This document shows positions 1 through 10,755 of a stretch of DNA of 64,000 bases, piece after piece (the first letter of the stretch is position 1; every line of letters starts with the position of its first letter). A program made the position numbers and the translations under genes. The stretch is taken from the NCBI GenBank assembly GCA_964016885.1, contig OZ024740.1, positions 394,134,001-394,198,000 on the forward strand, given 5' to 3'. Origin of the DNA: Eledone cirrhosa (Eukaryota). The notes under the pieces were generated by a model. The model ran no database searches, was not told where the DNA came from, and saw only the letters and a list, made by a program, of their open reading frames with translations.

Positions 1-771
1 ATATATATACACACACACACTCACACACACATACTCACACATATATATATATTCATAGAAATACACATACACACACACGTGTGTGTGTGTTACAGGTAGA
101 AGTGAGTGATACGTACATAAAAGTTAAAAACATCCAACGCTGGACAGTCGAGTTTAATGGTATAATACAGTGAAGTGTTAAATTGCAATTGCTAATGGCT
201 AGGGATGGTTTCATGCAATAATGTAATAATTACATAATGTTTTCATCTGGGAAATCTTGTACTAAATTGAGAGTTTTGCTTTCTTCCGGAGAAATGTAGA
301 TGAAGGGAGACAAAGAATGATTCATCGATCGATTGATAGATCGATACATAAAAAGAAAGGAAAGTAGATAAATAGTAAAAAATATTGAATGAAAGAAAAA
401 AGAAAGAAAGAAAGAAAAAGAAAGAAGACCCATCGAAGAAGAGGATAAATATAAACTTGCATGAGTAAGATTGTAATGTGAAGATTCTGGAGAGGGCGGT
501 GGGAAATATCGAGTGTAAAGTGTTAATAATATGTTTGGAGGATAATATAAATATAAATATATCTGCAGTTCTACTGTTATCAGGGAGTAATTATCGCTAT
601 TTCGTATCTTCAACGAGATTTCACCAAGACCTCAGAATGGACTTGTCTTCATATTTATATTCACCAGAACTTTGTATTTGGAATTATGGTAGATATCTCG
701 TTGTTTTGAATATTTCAATATAAGTATTTATTTAGCAAGTGTCTAAATTACGTTTTGCTAACACTCTTATA

Positions 772-1918
772 GGGCACGTGGCCTAGTGTTAACGATGTTA
801 CACTTACGATCATAATATCGTGGGTTCAATTCCTGGGCTGGGTTGCGTGTTTTGTTCTTGAACAAAACACTTCATTTCACATTGCTCCAGTATCAGACTC
901 GGACTCAGAAGCTCCCGCGACGCATGAGGCAATCATAGTGTTCCATCGCGTTCGGTCAGCAGCCAGTTGCACAGCGTCCCACCATTGTCTGTTTGTCGCT
1001 CGCACGTCCCTCTCAACTGTCTGGCGCCAGTTCATTTTGGGTCGCCCTCTCCGTCTGCTTCCCTGCGGGCTCCATTTAAGTACTTGGTTCGCCAGTCTCT
1101 CCGGGGGAACTCTCAAAGCGTGTCCAAACCAGCCCAGGCGTCGCTTGCAGATGGTAGAAGAGACTAGCTGCTGGTTGGTGCGGTTCCTGACTTCCTCGTT
1201 TGTTACATGGTCACTCCATTTAATCCCCAGGATCTTTCGCAGACATCTGGAATCGAATGCGTCCAACTTCTTCTCTTGGCTGGTCTTAAGGTGCCATGTT
1301 TCACTTCCGTACAAGAGTGTGGACAGCCCGTTGGTGTTGTAGAATCTCATCTTTGTTTTGAGGGTGAACTTCCTGCTCTTCCAGATCTTGTCAAGCTGGT
1401 TAAATGCTGCTGAAGCCTTTCCCATTCTACATTGCAGTTCACTGTCCATGGTGCCCTCATTGTTAATGGAGCTTCCTAGGTTGGTGAAGTTATCCACTAT
1501 CTCCACATCCCCCTGTTCAATGAAGACACTGGTTGGTGGTGGGTGTGTCCCAGATAACATGCTTTTGGTCTTCTTGGCACTGATGTTGAGACCTAAGCTT
1601 CCTGCTTCGACATTGATATTGTTCTCTTTGCCATAGCCATTGACTGGGTACTAAGAAGAGCATCTAAAGACCAGGGTATATCTTGGGTGAGAGAGCAAAA
1701 TTTGTCTGACCTGGACTTTGCAGACGATATTGCTGCACTTGCAGAGAGCACAGCTCCAGAATACTCAACTGAAAATGAGAACCAACAATAGCTGGGGGTT
1801 TAACCCAGCAATGGACTGGCATCATGTCCAGGGGAAAGTCTCGTATTCTCAGTCGCTTCACGCCACGAAACCGGAATAAGCACCGGCCTAACGAACCTTC
1901 TGGCTTGAGACAGACTTC
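772..1918 (+). mobile_element. tRNA-derived SINE split by an RTE insertion (head 772-893, body/tail 1753-1918)
   Basis: The head has A-box-like GTGGCCTAGTG and B-box GGTTCAATTCC (~824). The body GTTCTTGAACAAAACACTTCATTTCACATTGCTCCAG resumes after the insert as GCTCCAG..ACTCAACTGAAAATGAG..ATGGACTGGCATCATGTCCAGGGG. Confidence 0.65.
894..1752 (-). mobile_element. 5'-truncated RTE-clade LINE with inverted 5' segment
   Basis: ORF 877..1560(-) has RTE C-terminal motifs (FTNLGS, LLYGSETW, CLRKILGIKWSD, RLGWFGHALR, RRRGRPK). 1624-1752 reads LFAIAIDWVL...DLDFADDIAALAEST on the + strand. Near-TSD is GCTCCAG(T/A)AT at 884-893 and 1753-1762. Confidence 0.9.
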
Positions 1919-2004
1919 ATATGTTTTAGGCTTATAGGGTGCGGATCATGAGGGTAGAGTCAAATGTCATCAACATTTAGCTTTGCACTTTACACTCCCT
2001 TTCA

Positions 2005-2075
<71 letters not shown>

Positions 2076-2348
2076 GTATATGTAAACGGAAAAAATGAAA
2101 CGAAATTTCATTTCCCACTCTTATTACGGCTGTTATTTAAATAAAAGTATGTACACCTACATACATATATGTATACAGACGTACAGTAGTATGTATATAT
2201 ATATACATACATGCACACATATATATATGTACGTATGGATTCACCGAACATTTATTATAATGCTCGGTGTGTTTGTAAACAAACATCCCGTATTAAACCG
2301 TAGTGTCTAGCAACCATCGTTGCTCGTTTGTTCAACACTGACAAAGGA

Positions 2349-2391
2349 ACGCTGTACTAGTTTCAAGCTTATTAGCTATCGTCAGCAACGT
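2349..2391 (-). ncRNA. Minimal type I hammerhead ribozyme motif
   Basis: Reverse complement reads ACGUUG CUGACGA UAGCUAAUAAGCUU GAAA CUAG UA CAGCGU. Confidence 0.7.
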
Positions 2392-2563
2392 ATACCTTCC
2401 TGCCAGATTGTTGAACGTATATACTTACCTTATGCATATTAAAGGCTGAGTAGCACAATTTGCATATCGAGTGGGTTAATCGGCCGGGTGCACCGAAAAC
2501 GATACTCAGCCGTTAATATGCATAAGATAAGTATATACGTTCAACAATCTGGCAGGAAGGTAT

Positions 2564-2606
2564 ACGTTGCTGACGATAGCTAATAAGCTTGAAACTAGTA
2601 CAGCGT
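2564..2606 (+). ncRNA. Minimal type I hammerhead ribozyme motif
   Basis: Stem I ACGUUG/CAGCGU, core CUGACGA...GAAA, stem II AGCU/AGCU (U-U at its base), palindromic CUAG at stem III, predicted GUA cleavage after 2600. Confidence 0.7.
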
Positions 2607-3194
2607 TCCTTTGTCAGTGTTGACCAAACGAGCAACGATGGTTGCTAGACACAATAGCTTAATACGGGATGTTTGTTTACAAACACACCGAGCATTATAA
2701 TAAATGTTCAGTGAATCCATACGTACATATATATATGTGTGCAAGTATGTATATATATATATATACATACTACTGTACGTCTATATATATATATGTACGT
2801 GTACATACTTATATTTAAGTAACAGCCGTACTAAGAGTGGGAAATGAAATTTCGTTTCATTTTTTCCGTTTATCGTTTTCGGTGCACCCGGCTGATTAAC
2901 CCACAGCGTTCCTTTGTCAGTGTTGAACAAACGAGCAACGATGGTTGCTAGACACAACGGCTTAATACGGGATGTTTGTTTACAAACACACCGAGCATTA
3001 TAATAAATGTTCAGTGAACCCATACGTACATATATATATATGTGTGCATGTATGTATATATATATACATACTACTGTACGTCTGTATACATATATGTATG
3101 TACGTGTACATACTTATATTTAAGTAACAGCCGTACTAAGAGTGGGAAATGAAATTTCGTTTCATTTTTTCCGTTTACATATATATATATATAT

Positions 3195-4240
3195 TACTAT
3201 CACTACCTACGTTATTATCCACGCCACCGCCGCCATCTCCGTAGTTAGTACTATTATATCCAATGGCACGCAGGGTAGTACAATTATCACTCCGCGCGCC
3301 ACAGCGCCTTCTGTTGCCGCCTCGCGACCCGTAATGGTCGCTAGTATGCTCCCCAGTCTCACCGCCGTTTTGGCGGTTGCGTCCGTTGGGGCTGCCACCA
3401 ACATTATCGGGTGCTGCTAGGGAAACGTTAAGGCTATTAGAGTTGCTGTCATGTCTAGACCTATCGCTGCTATGGTGCCGTATTTTGGTGAGTTTACAGT
3501 AATTAGTTATCCCTATGATGTCTGCTAGATTAGGTATAGTGGAGAAGGATATTTTAACATTGTTCTTATTGAGGATTTTCCTGTACTTATGGTTGGGTGG
3601 GAAGCTCTTCTCTAAGGCTTCGAAGAATATTCTAGGTAGGTCAGAGGCCACACTCCAAGAGTAGGGAGGATGGAACCAGAGGACATTACGTTAGCGGTTA
3701 TGCGTAGCTGTGGGCTTATTACGGGTCGTGTTGGCTAGGTAACCGTTCTTATTGTTGCTACTGTGCTGCAGCCTACTGCGCATTCCCTTCGCTTTATGCT
3801 CAGGTGCACTGGCTTTCCTTGCGTTACGTTTACGTGTAGCTAAACGCCGGTTGGAGGGTCTAGGTAATAGGCCATGGGGAATCATTTTAGTAGGTTACAG
3901 CGGCTACCGTTGCCCTTATTTTGCGCTAGACCGTCTACGCCACCACCCAGGTAATTAACGCTACGGCCGTGTTCCTTAGTGCGATTCTCATATTCTACAA
4001 TTATTGACTCTATCATGACCGCTGCGTATTTGGTTATAGGTATGGCTTGCTATAACATTAGTCCTACGATGGGGGTGGTTTCTAGGGTCTGTGTTAAGGA
4101 GGTAGGAGATTCTTCGGTTATATCCGGCATCCACCAAGGCTTTATTGTAGTCAGCAGCTTGGTCGAAGATGTCCTCGTTGGCGGATAGCCTCGAGATCCT
4201 ATGGGATATGCTATATACTATTGAGCACAAATGCACCACC
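3195..4240 (-). pseudogene. Penelope-like element RT C-terminal/linker remnant
   Basis: ORF 3988..4239 (SISHRISRLSANEDIFDQAADYNKALVDAGY) and ORF 3175..3651 (LEKSFPPNHKYRKILNKNNVKISFSTIPNL) resemble conserved PLE post-RT blocks. The region is disrupted and no GIY-YIG domain is seen. Confidence 0.75.
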
Positions 4241-4304
4241 TTATGGCAACTAACTATATGTATCGCTTATCCCTTTAAACCTTCTACTCTCTCACGATAC
4301 TAAA

Positions 4305-4523
<219 letters not shown>

Positions 4524-4746
4524 CTTTCATCTTCGTTTTCAATTATTCTCACTTTTTTCCTTTCTTTTTTCTTCTCTGTATTTTTTTCGTTTCCTTATTT
4601 CTATCATTTTCTCTCTTTCTAGTTTAACAATGTTGTTTCTGTCCCTCTGTCCCCTCATGTCTTTCTCTGCCCCTTTTATTCATTTCTGGTTTTGTAGGGT
4701 GCTGTACGTACGATGTTTTGTCATCCAATGCATCGAATTGAGAATA

Positions 4747-4933
4747 CAAGGGTCGGCTGAAAGGTTCATAGGCTGACCAAGATACTCTCATGGAATGACC
4801 AAATGAGTTTTATTTTTCAATGTAGTCCCCGGAAATAAATAATATAATTATTAATAAGAAGTGTTGAAATTAATGCATGCAAGATTTCACAGCCCTAGCA
4901 TAGTCTGTCTCTGAACCTTTCAGCCTACCCTCG
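4747..4933. mobile_element. Tc1/mariner-type MITE
   Basis: Imperfect TIRs CAAGGGTCGGCTGAAAGGTTCA and TGAACCTTTCAGCCTACCCTCG, with TA on both sides. Confidence 0.75.
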
Positions 4934-5461
4934 TATACTAACCCTACTGTCATTAAGCTTAAGTTGAATGAAATAATCTCAATTTGAATTCTTCATTTGT
5001 TGAAATGGACCACGGTTCGATATTTCGTTTGCAATTACTGTGATATCAGCGAAAATAATGAACACTTGCAATATATCAATTATAAGTTGTAATAATCAAT
5101 AAATGTTGTAAGCATTGAACTTAGTTGGCTATTCTTCAAGATTTTCAAGTCGATTTATTTTATTTTATAGGTTTTTATCTTTCTTATTCATACACAATAT
5201 TCCTCGTTCAATCTTATTTATATTATTATCATGGTTTTTTTTTTCATAGTTAATATTAAGGTGGTAGAGTAAACATATCCTTAGAGCTGCGGACAAAATG
5301 CTTAGCGAGATTTTGAGATCTAATCTCGCCGATATCAATATTATTTTCACGACCCTTTCAAGACGAAAGACAGAGTACCGATGATCAGGTTAGGTGGTCG
5401 ATTTAATCCCAGATTGCTGGCCTTGGGCTATTATTATTATTATTATTATTATTGTTGTTAT

Positions 5462-8030
5462 TCCTTGAATCTCAGTCATTGATGTTGGTTAACTGGAAAG
5501 TCCGTTGGATTGAATATCAAGCCACTACCTGCAGCCTCAGATATTCAGGACGTATCGGAGGGTTCTTGCTGTTCCAAGCAAGCATGCCTTTTGAAGCGTT
5601 CCAAAAAGCGTGAAGGGGCCGATTTTCTTTAACCATCCCTGGAAACTTTTGGAGATAGTCCCCAGTGCGCCTATGACAATCGGGATCACTTTGACTTCAT
5701 GGCAGTTCCAAATCCTTTTCACCTCCCACTTTAGGTCCTGGTATCGGTTAATTTTCTCCCTCTCCTTCTCTTGCACTCTCGTGTCGAACGGGCAGGTCAC
5801 ATCCACAATCAGACACGATCTTTTTTCTTTGTCCACAACCACCAGGTCAGGTCTATTGTGTTCCAGTTTTTTGTCCGTCTGTATCCTAAAATCCCACAGC
5901 ACCTTCACCTGATTGTTCTCCATCACCGCCTCTGGCCTATGCTCATACCATTTCTCAGAATGTGGTAAATTGTTTACTTTGCACAGGTGCCAGTGGATCA
6001 CCCTGCCCATCACATCGTGTCTCCAGCCCTTATAGTGGGTCTGGGCTAGGTGTTTACACTCGGACACAATGTGAGCCACAGTCTCCTCTCTCTCTCCACA
6101 GATCCTGCACAGTGGGCTAGCCTCCTCCTTGTAGATATGGTGCTTCAACCACTTCGTTTTGAGGGCCTGCTCCTGCGCAGCCATTAGCATTCCTTCTGTA
6201 GCCTTTTTGAGGTCTCCTCTTCTCAACCAGTTCCATGTCTGTGGATCTCTAAATTCAGTTTTCTCAAAGAAGGTACTATGAAGGGATTTTCCCTTAAGGC
6301 TGCTCTTCCTCCTTGATGTTATTTCCTCCTTGGACATCCCCTGGCCTACTGTCCCCTCCTTCAGTACAGTTCTGAGCATTGGCTCCTTACTATAGGTCAC
6401 GTATTTGTATAGGTTGTTTTTCTCCATCTGAACACAGTCCTCTATGCTGATAAGACCTCTTCCACCCTCAGATCTCCTTAGGTAGAGTCTATCGACATCA
6501 CTCCTCTTGTGGAACATGTTGTAGATAGTCAATAGCTTCCTAGTCTTCCTATCCATTTCTTTTTGTTCAGCAACATTCCATCTCAGAATTCCCGCACTGT
6601 ACCTAATAATAGACACAGCTCGGGAATTTACTGCGCTTATGGCATTTCTGCTGTTCAGATGTGACTTCAATACGCTCCTTACTCTCCGAATGTATTCAGT
6701 TCTTAACAATTCCTTCATTTTTTTGTTCTTTATGCCATCAGCCTCCAGAACGCCCAAATACTTGTATCCTTCCTCAGAGTCAATTTCTTTTATCATCTCA
6801 CCTGTTGGTATCTGGATCCCGTTACTTCTGCTCAACCTACCCCTCTTCATCACAATGACTCCACATTTACCAATACCAAACTGCATACATATATCACTGC
6901 TGAAAATACGGACAGTGTCAACAAGCACATCCAACTCCTTCTCACTTTTCCCGAAGAGCTTAAGATCGTCCATAAAGAGGAGGTGATTGATGGTAAGCTC
7001 TCCCCTTCCCAACTTGTATCCTGCTCTCACTTTTCGCAGCATAATGGTCAAGGGCATCAGGGCAAGGAAAAACAACAGAGGGGACAGGCTATCTCCCTGG
7101 AAGATACCTCTCTTGATCTTCACGCTTCCCAAGGATACTCCAGTTGATGTCAACTCTGTCTCCCAGGACCCCATACTCCTGCCTAGCAACTGTCTGATGT
7201 TATCTGCCACCCTGAAGATCTCCAGGCTTTTGGTGATCCAGGAATGAGGCACCATGTCAAATGCCTTTCTGTAGTCTATCCATCCCATGGCAAGATCAGT
7301 GTGTCTCCTCCTGCAATTCCCCATTACCATCTTATCAATAAGTAACTGGTCCTTTGTACCACGTGACTTCTTTCGGCATCCTTTCTGTTCGTCCGGTAAC
7401 AAGTTGTTTGTGTGGAGGTGATGGTAGATTTCCTCAGACACAATGCTCGTCAACAGTTTCCACATTACGGACAGACATGTGATAGGTCTATAGTTGGTAA
7501 CATCATTACCCTTGATTCGGTCTTTCATTATCAGAACTGTGGTACCTTTTGTCAACCACTCTGGCACCTCACCCGACACCAAGCAGTCATTGAACATGGC
7601 CGTCAGCTTCGGGTGGAGGGATGTTAAATGTTTAATCCAATACCCCTGCACACCATCTGGGCCTGGTGATTTCCAGTTGGTTAGTTTTTTGGCCTGCCCC
7701 TTAAGAGTTTCAACTGTGATACTCAAATCAGTTTGTTGTTGTGCCTGCTCACCGATCTCCCTCTGTACTGTCTCAATCTACCCTGCCTGGGCATTGTCTC
7801 TAACATCCTTGCACTCTTTGCTACAATGCGTTGCTTCAGTTCCTCTATGATAATATTTAGCTTTTTCCTCCTAGTTTTGTATTTTATTTCCAGCCTATTT
7901 TTAGTGCCTATGTTTTTTAGTGTCCCATTCAGTAGTGACTCAAGCTTTCCTATGTCATTTCTCATTTCCCCGATTTGCCCACTCAGTCGCTTCTTCCACC
8001 ACGGCTCTGCTCTTTCTTGTCTGTTGTTTA
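5462..8030 (-). mobile_element. R4/Dong-clade non-LTR retrotransposon, 5'-truncated, inserted in (TAA)n
   Basis: Contains the RT-RLE ORF, an upstream coding fragment 7723..8061, a short 3' UTR, and (TAT/TAA)n at both ends. Confidence 0.88.
5537..7726 (-). CDS. Reverse transcriptase, CCHC knuckle and restriction-like endonuclease (R4/Dong type), N-terminally truncated
   Basis: Uninterrupted 729 aa with KSPGPDG, NYRPITCL, DYRKAFD, GIFQGDSLSP, LFMDD, YKYLG, CRIC..ETVAHIVSEC, RHD and NRPDLVV..D..CP motifs. Confidence 0.92.
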   Translation of the reverse strand: MSITVETLKGQAKKLTNWKSPGPDGVQGYWIKHLTSLHPKLTAMFNDCLVSGEVPEWLTKGTTVLIMKDRIKGNDVTNYRPITCLSVMWKLLTSIVSEEIYHHLHTNNLLPDEQKGCRKKSRGTKDQLLIDKMVMGNCRRRHTDLAMGWIDYRKAFDMVPHSWITKSLEIFRVADNIRQLLGRSMGSWETELTSTGVSLGSVKIKRGIFQGDSLSPLLFFLALMPLTIMLRKVRAGYKLGRGELTINHLLFMDDLKLFGKSEKELDVLVDTVRIFSSDICMQFGIGKCGVIVMKRGRLSRSNGIQIPTGEMIKEIDSEEGYKYLGVLEADGIKNKKMKELLRTEYIRRVRSVLKSHLNSRNAISAVNSRAVSIIRYSAGILRWNVAEQKEMDRKTRKLLTIYNMFHKRSDVDRLYLRRSEGGRGLISIEDCVQMEKNNLYKYVTYSKEPMLRTVLKEGTVGQGMSKEEITSRRKSSLKGKSLHSTFFEKTEFRDPQTWNWLRRGDLKKATEGMLMAAQEQALKTKWLKHHIYKEEASPLCRICGEREETVAHIVSECKHLAQTHYKGWRHDVMGRVIHWHLCKVNNLPHSEKWYEHRPEAVMENNQVKVLWDFRIQTDKKLEHNRPDLVVVDKEKRSCLIVDVTCPFDTRVQEKEREKINRYQDLKWEVKRIWNCHEVKVIPIVIGALGTISKSFQGWLKKIGPFTLFGTLQKACLLGTARTLRYVLNI

Positions 8031-8059
8031 TTATTATTCTTATTATTATTATTATTTGC

Positions 8060-8352
8060 ATTTATCTTGCTTTATGTTTATACGAGTTATCACCAAGTCA
8101 CAACCAGTGACCTCAAGAGACAACAAGATCCGCCATGTTCAAGAAAGAACATACATATTCACACATGCATCCTTAGTGTTTAGACTTGTGATGTACTTAT
8201 ATTGACAGGATCTTCCTTAGTATATGGGCAGTTCCCATTAGTACTATCTTTTGTATTTCTCCTATACGCGGATTTCCTGGGATTTGCGATAAGTAGTCGT
8301 TAGACCCCTTAGGTATCATTCCCAGAGCGCCTACAACCACTGGTATTGTTTT
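8060..8352 (-). mobile_element. 3' fragment of another R4/Dong-type LINE
   Basis: The minus strand reads TIPVVVGALGMIPKG...EIQKIVLMGTAHILRKILSI, homologous to the C-terminus of the 729-aa ORF, and is bounded by (TAT)n. Confidence 0.75.
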
Positions 8353-8357
8353 AGTTA

Positions 8358-8399
<42 letters not shown>

Positions 8400-8613
8400 G
8401 AATGCTATGGTTCACGGAGGCTTGGCTCTGTAAGGTATTGTAAATTTTGACCGCTATAACAATTGTAAGTTGTTTAAAACTTTAACCAAACTGTAGACAA
8501 AAACACCCTCCTCCTCGTGAGAGGGGTCTTTCTGCTCGTTATTTGGCCCTTCGGGGTTAAATAACCGCTTATTGGGGTTTTGTGCCCAATATTTATTTTA
8601 AACAAAAAAAAAA

Positions 8614-10720
8614 CATGGCTACGAAAAAGAATTTTCATGGGTCACTCCCACTCATTCCGTCTCCTTCTTCCTCAATCGTCACTACAGCAGAGAGAAGATT
8701 GTCTCTCTCCCTCCCTTCTCTAAATGTGTCTCTCTCCCTCCCTTCTCTTTCGCAAGCGACGCCAGAAAAGAAAAATCACGTGCAAAGCGTGCAAGATTTC
8801 TCCACGACGACGACGACAACGACGAAAAATGTGTGCGGGAAATACGAAAACCCATTTGATTCGTCTGACGTCAGGAATAATAGCAGTAGCAGCCGTAATA
8901 ACAACAGCAACAGTGACAATGAAAACAACAGTAACAGCCACAACAGCATCAGCAGCAGCATAAACAACAATAGCATTAGCAGCAGCAGCAACAACAACAA
9001 CAACCACAGCAACAGCGGCGGTGGCAGTAGTCGTAGTACCTGCAGCAACAACAAAAGTAACAGCAGCTCTGACGACAACAACAACAACAACAGCAGCAAA
9101 GAAAAACCAATCTCGTTTGCAGGTATCGCGAAGAACCTAGAAACCATCCTCATAACAAATGAGGAATTAGAGGAAGCGAAGAAGATGGTGACAAAAACTG
9201 GACACCGAGCAATCTGCAAGGCAGCGGAAACATTTTTAGAAACTCAACAGCACTGTACGGTCACGTACCGTACAGTAAGTACAAAATCCCGTAGGGTTGA
9301 AAGAGCCACAGAGGCTCAAATACAAAAAGCCTTGGGGTCTGTGTGGCAGCGGAAAACGCACATCACCCGAGGCAAGAAATATGCCATCGTAGACGTACTT
9401 TTTGCCACCCCCCAGGAGGCAAAGGCTCAATCCTTAGTGACCCTAAGGAGCGAGGAAATGGTGTTGGTGCCCTCCTACTGCGGGCAAAAAATTGTGAGGG
9501 TCAAACTGAACCCCCCCGGATGGCCCCTTCTTGGCTGGCCGCGTCTGTCCTCGTCGGAATCGAGGACAAAACAACTAACTGTACTGCAAGTACAGAAAAA
9601 AGTAAGAGAACGTTGGGTCCGCACCTCCATTGAGATGTTAATCCAAACCAACCAGGAGTGCATCGAAGCTATCCCGGATGTGATAGACTTCGATAACGGC
9701 ACTCAACTGCCCATAAGTGTTGAGGGCAAACGCCCGAAATGCTTTCGCTGTGGATCGAAGACTCACCTCAGGGCCTTCTGCAACGAGAAGACCCTGAGAA
9801 AGGAGAAAACCCCCCTCCTTCCGAAACCGGCTCCACGGCTACCAACAACAGGACAAGCGGCAACCAGGAACGATAGGTCCGTGGCACCCATACCCACGCC
9901 ACGGAAATCAAAAACAGCAGCAGCAGTGGAAGTATTAACAACAACAACAGCAATACCAAACGCAGCTGCAACAGAGACTCCAGTGCAAACATCACCAACA
10001 ACAACAAGTGAAAGAGTGGAGCTGGTACCCCTCCCCGACCTCACAGAATCAGACATGGAGTGTGAGGTGGGAGAGGGATAGCAAAAGGTCGTAAGAAGGC
10101 ACAAACGCAGAAGCAGCGCATCGTCGCCTTTGAAAAGGGAGGAAAGAAATGAAAAAAGGGTAAAGTCTACTGCAAAGAGACTCACAGCAGCAACACCACC
10201 AACACCATCACCACACACACTAGCACCACCATCACCACCGGCGACAACCCCACCGCCAAAAACACCTTCAACACCACCACCACAAGCACCAACATCGCAA
10301 ACACAACAACAAAACACACACACCCAGCAACAACGACAAGAAAATAGCAGAACCACACGCCACCCCCAGAAAAACAAATGCACGGCAATAAATACACACA
10401 ACAAGAAACTAATGACTTACATAATTGAACACACAGACATTTCACAGCACGACTACATAATACCAGCACCAATCAAAATGCCAACTAACATAAGACTGCT
10501 AAAAATAGCACAGAAACAATACACAAACATTAAAACGAAATTCCCCAACGCAGTTGGTGGTTTCAGAGACCTAGGAGGAACTATCAACCGAAGAGTATAT
10601 TCGGACATACTCATAGAAGAGCCGACGACCAGCCGAAGGGACGATTCAACGGTCCCTTCACCAGACGATCAAATGAAAAGGGATGGAAAAACCATCCCTC
10701 CTCTACGAAAAGTACGGTAA
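8614..10720 (+). pseudogene. Tx1-like ORF1 (gag-like, CCHC zinc knuckle; disrupted)
   Basis: CFRCGSKTHLRAFC knuckle with Asn/Ser- and Thr/Pro-rich low-complexity segments. There is a stop at 10081 and the same frame continues. Confidence 0.75.
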
Positions 10721-10755
10721 GTGGTCTTTCCCATCTTTTCCACTCTATTTTAAAC

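Larger units (their letters stand above)
2082..3178. repeat. Fold-back array of a ~425-nt hammerhead-containing repeat unit (Penelope pLTR/retrozyme-like)
   Basis: One minus-strand unit (2082-2504) is followed by plus-strand copies 2505-2903 and 2904-3178. Both outer ends stop at the same unit position (TTCCGTTTAC) next to (TA)n. The same unit occurs at 42727-43627. Confidence 0.85.

Noticed and set aside
8495-8580. HDV-like ribozyme at the Tx1 5' end (UCCUCGU resembles L3)
   Set aside because: P1, P2 and the J4/2 catalytic strand could not be assigned, and simple hairpins explain the sequence.
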